Shown piece after piece: positions 40,501 through 50,531 of a stretch of DNA of 64,000 nucleotides; the stretch's first letter is position 1, and every line of letters starts with the position of its first letter. A model generated the notes under the pieces. The model saw only the letters and a program-made list of their open reading frames with translations, did no database searches and was not told where the DNA came from. A program made the position numbers and the translations under genes. The stretch is taken from positions 151,657 to 215,656 of IMG/VR virus record IMGVR_UViG_3300046694_000296; one strand, 5' to 3'.

Positions 40501-43500
40501 TCTTCGAAAACGCTCCGCGCGTCGATGCTGATACGCCAGCACCGCATCCCGAAAATGAATCTGTCGCAACCAACCACGCAACCGCACCATGAGCCTGAAC
40601 ATAGAACGCCTCGAACTGCTCGCCGCCGCGCTTGAGCAGCAGAAATTCGCCGCGCCCGCCGAATTCGATCTGTCCTACTGGATCAGGAACAACGGCGATC
40701 ACCTCGCTCTCCGCAACCGCGAGAACGCCACTGTCGTCGCCGACAAAGAGTTCGGCAGCGCCGAGTGCGTGGTCGTCGATCCAGCCCGCGTCGATTGCAG
40801 CGCTGCCGCATGTGCGTGCGGGCATGCCGCACTCATGCCTGAATTCCACGCGCTCGGGTTCAAGCTGGTCGTGCCTGTCTCGGGTGTTTTCGCCGGCTCT
40901 GCGCAGCCATTCTTCGACGGGCATCTCGGATGGGACGCCGTGCGCCTGTTCTTCGGGCTCCAGAGTGAGTGGGCCGACTACTTGTTCGATATCGACTCCT
41001 ACGTCGACGAAGACGACGATGAGCCGCCGACGGCCGCAGACGTTGCCTTGCGCATTCGCAATCTGGCCCACGACGAGCGCCTGTCGCACCAGATGGGCCT
41101 GTCGGGCGCGCAGTAATCCGATCGTCATCCGTCATGCGACCGGGAAACTGGTCGTATCGCAACCACACACGGGGAAGCCCCATGCCGAAGCACCAAATGA
41201 CCGAGAGCGTCATCATCCGTCCCGCCAGCACGCGCTACGGTGGGCAAGACGCCGACTTCTCGATGTTCGACTATATCCAGAACGAATTCGAGAGCGACAA
41301 GATCCACGCGGTTCTCACGCACGTTCCGTATGACATCAGCGCGAAGATGCAGCGCCTCGAAAACGACCGCGCCGCGCTGCTCGACACTGCCGCGCTGGTG
41401 ATCGCCTCGTGGGAGGAGGGCGACTTGGCCGGCGCCGTTCGCGCGCTCGAACGTGCCGTCAAAGAGGTCCAGTCATGAGCGGCCGCCACCTTGTCGCCGC
41501 CGCGCTCGACGACGCCAACGACGAGAAGCACCACGGGGAAGCCTACACAGTGCACCTGTGGCTGCGCTCGGGTCGCGAGGTGCGCGGAGCGGTCGAGCGC
41601 GGAATGATGCGCCCGTTCAACGGCGGGCTGCTGCTGGAGCTGGAGGTGTGGAGGCAGCCGCTCCACAACGGCTACCCGCGCGGCGGTGAGCCGCCCATCC
41701 CGACAGGTCATCGCGTCCTCATCGACCCCGACGAGGTGGAGCAGATCGAGATCGTCTGGTGATCCGCGACCCGTTCAAGGGCTGCTCGCCGCGCTACGCC
41801 GCCTACTGCATCGCGCATGGGCTCACGCCGGCGGGCACGCAGCCCACGTCGCGGCATATCCGCCCGTTCGTCTACTGGATCGGGCATCACCTGGACATCT
41901 GGTGCAAGGCGCACGGCAAGCGCCGCCATACCCTCGGGTTCGTCGAGCACAGAGCGTTTGACGAATGGATCGCGCAGAAATACCCGCGACCCATCCGCAA
42001 GGGCTCCACACCCTGACCGGGAAACTAACACCTGTCGCAACCAACCACACACGACAACGCATCATGCCCATCCGATACGAAGAAATCATCGCCACCGTCG
42101 ACACGTCCGAACACAAGCTCGATCCGGGCAGCCTCGCAGTCGAAGCGCCTGCGACCCTCGACAACCTGTATCTCGACGCCTATGGGCTCGTGATCGACGC
42201 TTTCCACCAGCACGTCGTCTGCGCTGAGTCCGTCTCGATGGTCTACGCCGCCGCGAAGGTCATGTTCGCGCGCCACGGTGACACCAACCCGGTCCTGACG
42301 TTCGACCTTGCGACCGCCGCTGCAATGGGCTCGCCGTGGGAACACCAGTGCAAGAGCGCCGAAGAGTGGGCCGTGTGCTTCGCGCGTCGTCACGTCGAAA
42401 CCGACGAGGGCACGGTCGATGACGATGCCGTCGATGCCGATTGTGTCAGCCGTGCTTTCTACGCGCTGAGCGTGCTCATCGGTGCCGGTGTGCCCCGCAC
42501 CGATGCGGCGCTCGCGCAGCTGTGCCACGACAACGAGACACTGATCGCCTCGCTCAACGCGACGCCCGCCTAACACATGCCCGGGCCGCGCGCCCGGGCG
42601 CAACTTGGAGAAGAACATGACCAGCAACGTTCGAACCTTCCAGGTGGATCTCGTGCCCGTGATTTCGACCTGCCACGTCAGCAAAGATACCGCCGCGCGC
42701 CTCGATCTGGGCGACCGCGAAAACGACTGGACGATCACCGCCGCGTATGAGCACGGCTGGCTCCTCTACGTGCAGCCGGAAGAATTGATCGCCGACCTCG
42801 GGATGCCTGAAGACCTCGCGACGGTGATGGCATGGGGCCGCCGGCACAAGGTTCAGTGGATTCGCATGGACTGCGACGCGGGTGCCGTGCACGACCTGCC
42901 GCAATACGACTGGTGACGCATCCTCGGGCGGGCCACAACCCGCTCGGGAGAATAGAACCATCGAAACCAACGCGAGACACGCGATGAAGACCCCGACCAC
43001 CCTGCCGATCAAGAACCTGTCCGACTTCTACGCCAACACGCGCAACAAGCCGTGCGTGTTTGACGATCAGTGCTTCCTGTTTCTCGCGTCCGGTTTCGCG
43101 AACTACGCCGTCGTGCACGACGCCAAGACCGAGCAGTTCGTCGCGCTTGAACAGCGCACGTTCGGTTCCGCAGACGTCGAGACGGTCTGGGAGATTGCCC
43201 GTTCTGAGCCGCGCGGGAACATCGACCCGTGCAACGCCGCGTGCATGCGCGGTCTGTATTTCGACTGCAACAACCACCTCGACGCCGAGACGCACGTCGC
43301 GCCGAAGTTCATCGCCGATTAAGAGATCCACCATGAATATCGCCAACATCGCCCATGCGCGCCACACGCTCGAAGTGATCCGCGTCAAAGCGCTTGCCAA
43401 CGAGTTCTCGGGCGCGGGCCGCTACCACGACAAGAACACGGGCTGCCTGTGCGTGATCGGGTCCATCATGCCGCCGAGCATGCTCGAAGTCGCCGCACGC

Positions 43501-46500
43501 GAGCACAACGGTTGTCCGATCGACGGGTTCTACGTCCGCAGACACGGTGCTGAGGGGCTGGAGCTCGCCTCCGACGCGCTCGCACGCGAAACCGGGATTC
43601 CTTCGGGCATGCTCGCGTCGCTCCAGATCGAGCACGACGAGGTATCGCACCAGTTCGGCCCGGGTCCGGGCACCCGCGCGGTCGCCAACAAACGTATCGC
43701 CAAATGGGCGACGACGACACTCTCCACGCTCTTCTGAACGCCATGAACATCGAACAACTCCGACTCGCCCGCCGCACGCTCGAACAGATCCGGGTGCGGG
43801 CACTCCACAACGAATTCTCGGGCAAGCCGCGCTACCGAGACTTGAACGGCTGCCTGTGTGCGGTCGGCGCACTGATGCCCGACTTCGTGCTCGACAAGAT
43901 CGCGGACAGCAAGAACAACGAGTCGAGCATCGGCGGGCTCGTATTCACGCCGCCGGGCGATTCGCCGTATCGCCGGGTCCGTGTGATCCAGGTGATCGTG
44001 GAAGAGACGGGGCTGGGCCGCTGGGACATCAAGGATCTCCAGCAGACGCACGATAACGTGCCGCACTCTCAGTTCCGCGAGAGCGAAACATGGACCGCAG
44101 ACGAACGTCGCGCACGGGCCAACGAGCGTGTCCGTAAGTGGGCCGAGAGCCGGCTGGAACAACTGTTTTAACGGGGGCAGTGCGAAGGACCAAAACGGGT
44201 GCCGATAGCGGGCAAAAGACCCGCGTCGAATCCGTTTTAACAGCCCGAATCCTGGCGGGCCAAACACCGGGCAACGCACCATAGGAGGCGCGCCATGAAG
44301 GGACGCTAATCCACCACGAAACCACACATCTACACGCCAATAAGGCCCGGGTTACGCACTGTAATACCGGGCCTTATTTCATGGTCCGACAGCCTGTTAC
44401 GCCGAGGAACACTAAGTCATTGATAGTAAACAAGAATGTTGTATTTCCGTAACTTGCTCGTTTACGCAGTCAATTCGCTGCCAATGCAGACCGCCCTGAA
44501 GAGGCTCGACCCGCAATTGAGACACGGCAGAAGCGTGCCGAACCACCAGCAATACCGAGACAACCTGCAACGCAAACGAAGCGAATGCCGAGCGATCTGA
44601 CACGCCCGAGACGATCATCCAGACCAGCAGCGATCCCGCAATCGCCCGACCGGTAAGCGAATAGGATAAGAATCGTGCTTTTGACCGCAACGACGAATCC
44701 GAGGAGATCAACACTCACACACCGGATCGCGGAGACTCAATCACCCGTATGGACCCATTCATATAGCACTCATCCATACATAGAGAGAACACACTCCACA
44801 CGCCTTTACGTATAAGAACTCCTGGTGGCTGGGCCTGATCGTTCTCTTTCAATCGTCGCCCTCCAGCAATTTCTTATACCGCGCCGCCAACCCATAGCCG
44901 CACTCACACATGCCAATTACCGCCAATGCCAAGCTGGGTAAGGGATTGCGGGCTTTCGAATCCGTGGACTCGGTGCCGTGGAATGGGGATGGCGAGAGGC
45001 CCGTATAGGCGCGTTCCTATAAGATCCGAGGCCCGCCGTATAAGTTCTTCCTATAAGAGTCTCCTATAAGGTTCGCCACGGCCCTATAAGTTTGGCCCCG
45101 CCTACCTATAAGTTTGGCATGCCGTGGCACGTGCGTGTGTGGAAAGACGATCTCTTCCTATAAGGTTCCAAGCCTTCGTCTCGATACTGGTGTCTCTCCC
45201 ACCACGAAGCGAGCAACGCAATGCAGATCAATCATCCGAACGTCGTCCCGTGCCAGGGCTACGGTTATGGTGCCGTGCAGAAGCCGACCGATGTGTATTC
45301 CTCGATGAGCGACAACTTCGTCTATCTCGGCGAGCGGGTCTTCAACTGCCATCCCTTCCGTGATGATGTGCAGGGTTGGCCGATTCGCTGGGAGATGAAC
45401 GAGCACGACCGCGCTGACCTGGCGTCGCACCGCGAGTTTCTTGCATCGCTCGGGTGATCCAATGACGGGCCAAGCGCCCGTCTCTCTTCATGGTGTGAAC
45501 GCCAAGGCACGCCGTGGAACGCCTTGGATTGCCGTGGCACCGGGAGAGTGAGAGGTCCGAGCCTCATCCGTGACCCGGGCGTCACAATGAAAGCTCACCA
45601 ACAACGAGGTTCACCATGAGCACGACCAACATCACCCCGGAACGCAAAGCAGAACTCTCGGCAAAGGGCTTCTACATCGAGGACATGAAAGCGGTGTGGG
45701 GCGAGGGCTGGTGGGACGGTTCGTTTCGCTGGATGAAGAAGGGCTCGGATGAGTTTCAGGACGGCGACGTGAGCAGCTTGGAAGAGAACGCATGGAAGGT
45801 GTGCGACGCATACGATCGCGAGACGAGCGTTGCCAAGCCCGGGCACTATCTCGTCTCGCGCGAGGTGGTCGGTTCGGAAGCCCGGGACAAGATGGTCGCT
45901 GGTCTGCGCGATGAGGAGTTCGACTTCACGATCACGGAGACGCAACCGGGGCACTTCACGGTCACGGTGCAGTCGCCCGAGGGCGTGTGTTGGGGCTGAT
46001 AGTGGTTGACGGGCCGAGCGCCCGTTGTTCGAACACACCGCCGTGGATCGCCAGGGCAGGGCGCATCAGATCCGCACACACCGGTTCGGGCGCCGCATGT
46101 CGATCGTCAAAATAGAGTCTCACCCACTCAGAGATTCACCGAAAACATGGTCACAGCCACCATCACGAAGTTCACCCCCGAAACCAACGTCGCCGTCGAG
46201 GGCAACCCGGGCGGGTATGCCGCGTTCGAATACAGCCTGTTCAACGACGACGACGTGAGCATCGTCGCCTCGATCACGGTCCCGATGTGCTACTTCCTCG
46301 ATGAGCACACCAACCTCGCGACGACCGCCTTCGCGTCGATGGTGACCGAGATCGTCAACACCGAGCCTGAAGACTACGCGAAGCTCGTGGGCCGCACCTT
46401 CGAGTAACCACCCGACGGGCCAGTGTGCCCGTTGTGCAGCTGCAGCGCCGTGGCAGCACTCTCACGCATCCTCATCGCCCTATGCGGGCGCCAATGCCTC

Positions 46501-47929
46501 GTCGGGAGACTGAAGTCTCTTACACAACGAGGTGCATCATGGTTGAACAGCTCCAGTGGTTTCTCGCCGTCTTGCTCGTGATCGCTGCCGCGGTCGGTAT
46601 CGGTGCGGTGTTCTGGTTCGCTATCGACGTCGCAACGGGCGGCATTCGTCGCGCACGGGAGCGCCGACGCTGTGCGATGCCCAATCGCATCGCAACCCTT
46701 ATGCGCGGGCGTTGAGCGACCTACCGGGACACTCCGTGTCCCGAGTTGCAAAAACGACACTCATGTAAGAGGGTGCCTACAAATAATTCGGTTGATATAG
46801 GCATACCAATGGCCGAGGAGCCGCACCGGACAAGGAATCGGAATTTGTTACTCGAAGTTACACCCTATTACACCTCTTTCATCCGCCAATCGTTTGGCGC
46901 ACAATTTCTACATGCACTGACCGGTGAACAAAACCTCTGTGCAGCCAAAAACCAGTAAATAATTCCTTCCCGAAGAGCACTACGGCAATGAGCAAGATCG
47001 CATTCGAATGCATGGACGCATCCAACAACACGTTCACGGTCAAGATGGAGTCGGACTCCGCGGAGATTGAGCAGGTGGTCGCCGCCACCGTGCAAGCCTA
47101 CAAGCGCGAGGGCATCGAAGTGTTCTCGGCAACCCGCATCGAGGAGATGGTGGTCGACGTCGATATGTATGCGCCGGCCGAGCGCCGGGCCGCAGTGCCG
47201 ACGGCTACGCTTGAGCGCCTGGCGGGCCGTAGCGGCTCATGGCTGCAGCGCGGGGCGGCGCTCGGTGCGCTAGTCCTCGCGATCCTTGGCTTCGATGCTG
47301 ATCTGTCGATGGTGGCGCGCGTCGCCCATATGGGCGGGGCCGTTATGACCGTCGTCCACGCGGCTGTCTGAATCCGCGGAAGCGAAATCCGTAGAGGGCG
47401 CTCTAAAGTGATGAGTCTCGTTGCTCGCACAGGTGCCCTCTCCAATGTTGTCATGGTTCAGTGAAGGAATGTGGATGATCCCCCTCTATGGGGTGGTGTT
47501 CATCCTGTTTGTGCTGGTGTTGTGCGTAGTGTCCGCGTTCTGCGATATGCGCGCACGGCACCGGTATGAAGCGAGCGTGCGCCGCTACTACGCACGCCGC
47601 CGTCTGTTCTAGTCGTGCCTCACCTGCGGTGCCCATGCGCACCGTCTTGGCCGGGCCGTGGCGGGGCAGGTGACGCGTCCAAGCGCGTGCCGTGAGGTAG
47701 TCGAGAGAATGACGTCTCTTGCAGCGAATGAGTCGCTGCACCACCTCTCAAGGAGACTGTCATGCTCGCCCGCCTCATCCACGTCGAAACGCTGCTTGCC
47801 GATAACGATCTCGATCGCGAGCTGGATGAGCTGGAACGAATGCAGGAGCAGGAAGAGCAGCGCGCCGCCCGGGCCACCCGCAGTGTGCGTCGCCGCTCGC
47901 ATGCGCAAGACTGGGCGCGGATCGACTAG
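37552..47929 (+). other. array of about 30 small co-oriented hypothetical genes (accessory/early region)
   Basis: Chains of ATGA-coupled ORFs of 55-175 aa (e.g. 38561..39028, 39298..39636, 40173..40592, 40589..41116, 42064..42573, 42617..42916, 43333..43737, 43743..44171, 45221..45457, 45616..45999, 46147..46407, 46988..47371, 47762..47929). Confidence 0.7.
45016..45164 (+). repeat. cluster of CCTATAAG direct repeats
   Basis: Perfect copies at 45016, 45050, 45063, 45083, 45105, 45157; variant CCGTATAAG at 45036. Confidence 0.9.
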
Positions 47930-47985
47930 AATTGCCGTAACAACGATTTACCTGAGTGGTCTTCGCCTAACACGCAAGATCTTTG

Positions 47986-48014
47986 ACGGCACCCGTTTGG
48001 GTGCCGTTTTTTTT
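47986..48014 (+). terminator. intrinsic terminator ending the small-gene array
   Basis: ACGGCACCC-GTTT-GGGTGCCGT then T-run. Confidence 0.85.
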
Positions 48015-48489
48015 CGTGTGGCCGATTTTGCCACGGCTCAAGGCCCGTATAGGCGACTAGGCTGAAAAGCGCTCACCGGCGTGCAGCGGGTTTGGTGCCG
48101 AGCCGCCCGGTGCCGCGGAATGGGGATGGCGACGGACCCGTATAGGCGGCTTGGACGAAAAGAGGGCGACGCCGGGCAGGGCGCCGGGCCAAGGGCCAGG
48201 GCCAAAACCGGGTGCCAAGACCCTTCGGGCCGCAGAAGATCAGGGCCACAGAGCATCGGGCCATGACGATGTTAGAGATGCGTAACAATATCGTTAGAGA
48301 TGCGATACATCGCACCGCGTAACACATTCGTTAGAACTACCAGATATCCCAGGGTGACGCATCGCGCGCCCGCCCCTCACATAAGAACAGAACGCGCACG
48401 CACGCGACTACCAGACGCGCCCGGGCGTCGTCAAGCGGTCCTCGTAAAAACAACGTCAACAAATCTCTAACTTTTTTTGCACAAACCTA

Positions 48490-48517
48490 TTGCGTAAGTA
48501 ACGCGTTACTCTATAAT
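48490..48517 (+). promoter_or_regulatory. strong sigma70-type promoter with a perfect palindrome in the spacer
   Basis: TTGCGT-16 nt-TATAAT; spacer contains AGTAACGCGTTACT (48497-48510); A/T-rich upstream. Confidence 0.8.
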
Positions 48518-48596
48518 TCATCCCTGTAGCACGCAGTAACGAACGGGACGCACAAAGCGCCCGACGAAAAAATCAATCACTCAATAAGGTAAGAAA

Positions 48597-49268
48597 ATGT
48601 CGAACGCAAAAGAGCAAGTTATCACCCTCGAAAACGTCAAGCTCGCTATCTCGCGCGCAAATGACCGTCACTCGAAAAAGACCGGTGAAACGGGTTTTCA
48701 AGCTGACTTGCTGAAAGCAGTCAAATACTGGGACGATGGTTTGTGTGTCTTCGTCGCGGGCATGCTGAACCGGGCGCGCATCGACCAACTGACGTTCTTG
48801 TCTACCATCGCAGATAACATGCCCGTTAAAGCGGTGATGCGCGCTTCTGAGTTTTTCGCTTGTTTGCATGCAAAGAACTACAAACAGCTTGACGGTGTAA
48901 CCGCGCTTTCGATTCTGAGCGCGATTCATGCGGGCGCTGTCTCCCGTAGCGCGATTTTCTTCGCATCGACCGGGCGCGGGAATGAATCGACGTCTGACGT
49001 CGTTAGCGATGTTTCGCTTGTTCGCAAGCTGCAAAAAGCACTTGGTAAGACGGTCGGTGCTACCACTGAAAGCACGCAGAATTCCCGGTCGTTTGGTGTA
49101 AACGGGTTCTGTCGCTTTCTCAATATGGGCGAAATGGTAAAGGTGAAGGGCAAAGAAGCAGTGTTAGAAGTTAATGCTAAATCGCCCTTTGTTGCTGCTA
49201 TCGCTAAGATGGTAGAGGTAGCAAGCGAAGATACCCTGTCGCTTGTTAAGGGCGCGAAGAAAGACTAA
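48597..49268 (+). CDS. hypothetical protein, candidate first-expressed gene/regulator
   Basis: 223 aa ORF, TAAGGT RBS, atypical codon choice, flanked by perfect palindromes. Confidence 0.75.
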   Translation: MSNAKEQVITLENVKLAISRANDRHSKKTGETGFQADLLKAVKYWDDGLCVFVAGMLNRARIDQLTFLSTIADNMPVKAVMRASEFFACLHAKNYKQLDGVTALSILSAIHAGAVSRSAIFFASTGRGNESTSDVVSDVSLVRKLQKALGKTVGATTESTQNSRSFGVNGFCRFLNMGEMVKVKGKEAVLEVNAKSPFVAAIAKMVEVASEDTLSLVKGAKKD

Positions 49269-49331
49269 GTAACGCGTTACTTGCCCGGGCGCTAATCGCG
49301 CCCGGTTCTCTACTCTGCTAGGTATCCCGCT

Positions 49332-49550
49332 ATGTCTTCGCAAGTCTTCGCCCTTGTCGTGCTCTGGTCTGTTCTCATGGTCGTCGCATCGTTCGCCCTT
49401 GTGCATATCGCTTTCCCTGCTCGCACTAGCACGCAGATTGACATCGAACGCGCCCGCGCCCGCATCGACGCTAACCGCAAGCGTCGCGCGATGAAAGCAA
49501 ACGCGCCCGCTAAACGTCGCATTGCCCGCGCTATTCGCGCCCGCGTCTAA
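49332..49550 (+). CDS. small membrane-anchored Arg-rich protein
   Basis: Hydrophobic N-terminal helix and ARAR-rich tail. Confidence 0.55.
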   Translation: MSSQVFALVVLWSVLMVVASFALVHIAFPARTSTQIDIERARARIDANRKRRAMKANAPAKRRIARAIRARV

Positions 49551-49614
49551 CCGCACCATACGGGCGCTACGCGCGCCCGCTACACCTTGCCCACTGCTTA
49601 CCCTTACCCGCATC

Positions 49615-49827
49615 ATGAAAACCGCTCAGACAGTCTCTAATCGCTTCGTCGCATCGCACGCATACCATGCCCGCACGTGTCATGGGTTCAATGCAGAGAA
49701 TGACGCATGCGACGCCCAGCGTTACACCACTGCGCACGGTGCGTGCTGGGTCGATTCGTTCGATACCATGCACGATGCACTAGACCATTTCAGTCTATCA
49801 CTTGGTTGGGATCACGAACCATTCTAA
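49615..49827 (+). CDS. small hypothetical protein
   Basis: MKTAQTVSNRF... ORF inside the motif-free island. Confidence 0.4.
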   Translation: MKTAQTVSNRFVASHAYHARTCHGFNAENDACDAQRYTTAHGACWVDSFDTMHDALDHFSLSLGWDHEPF

Positions 49828-50150
49828 TACATAGCAAACCGAACTATTACGCGCCCGGGCACCTCGCACCGGGCGATGAATCGAAACGGTTGGGGCACCT
49901 TGGTGGTCTTAGAAGGAATCGCGTTACTGGTGGGGCCTCGTTGGAAATTTTTTCCAGATCCAGACCCGATCCTTATACAGCCAGGAGCCGCGAAATCCGA
50001 GATCCTTATAGGGCCAAGGCAGAGTGGGGAAGGGGGAAGTGGGGCTTTGGGAAGATGGAAAGCCGAGAGCCGAAAGGGTGGACGTGAGCAATCCACCCTG
50101 GCCGGCGGCGCTAGGGGCGCTGGCGCGCCCCGCAGCTGCCCGCCTGGGCC

Positions 50151-50483
50151 TTACTGGGGGAGTGCCCCGTCGCGCTGCGCCTGATGCACCATCGCGAGCC
50201 AGTTGTCCATGCAGTAGGAAAACGCCCAGCGCGCCGCCGAGTCCCGATCGTATGCCGTCGGATTCGCGTAGATCACGTCTTCGATGTGCTGCCGCATGGG
50301 CTCCGACCACGCTGGATCATGGCCCGTGGGCTTCTTGCCCTGCAGCGCCATGCGGTAGTAGAGGTCGCCCGTCTTGCCGTAGAGCTCGCACGAGCTTGCC
50401 CTTGCCTCGTAGTTCTCCCACCCACCCGCGTGGCACACCCCTGCGGCCGTCGCAAGTAGCGCGGCGATCATTGTCTTCTTCAT
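50151..50483 (-). CDS. secreted/periplasmic hypothetical protein
   Basis: Signal peptide MKKTMIAALLATAAGVCHA; GAGG RBS. Confidence 0.65.
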   Translation of the reverse strand: MKKTMIAALLATAAGVCHAGGWENYEARASSCELYGKTGDLYYRMALQGKKPTGHDPAWSEPMRQHIEDVIYANPTAYDRDSAARWAFSYCMDNWLAMVHQAQRDGALPQ

Positions 50484-50531
50484 TGTGACCCTCGTATTGG
50501 CCTGATTTTCATTTTTGAAACCGCGCCGATT

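Noticed and set aside
44900-48450. CRISPR array
   Set aside because: Repeats are 7-12 bp or only two copies, irregularly spaced; no cas genes
48443-49913. Island explained simply as a low-GC horizontal insert
   Set aside because: Other lower-GC patches (5593-6090, 27021-27587, 29981-30360) contain many TGGA/TCCA/CGGC words, and the island is still rich in GCCC/GGGC/CGCG
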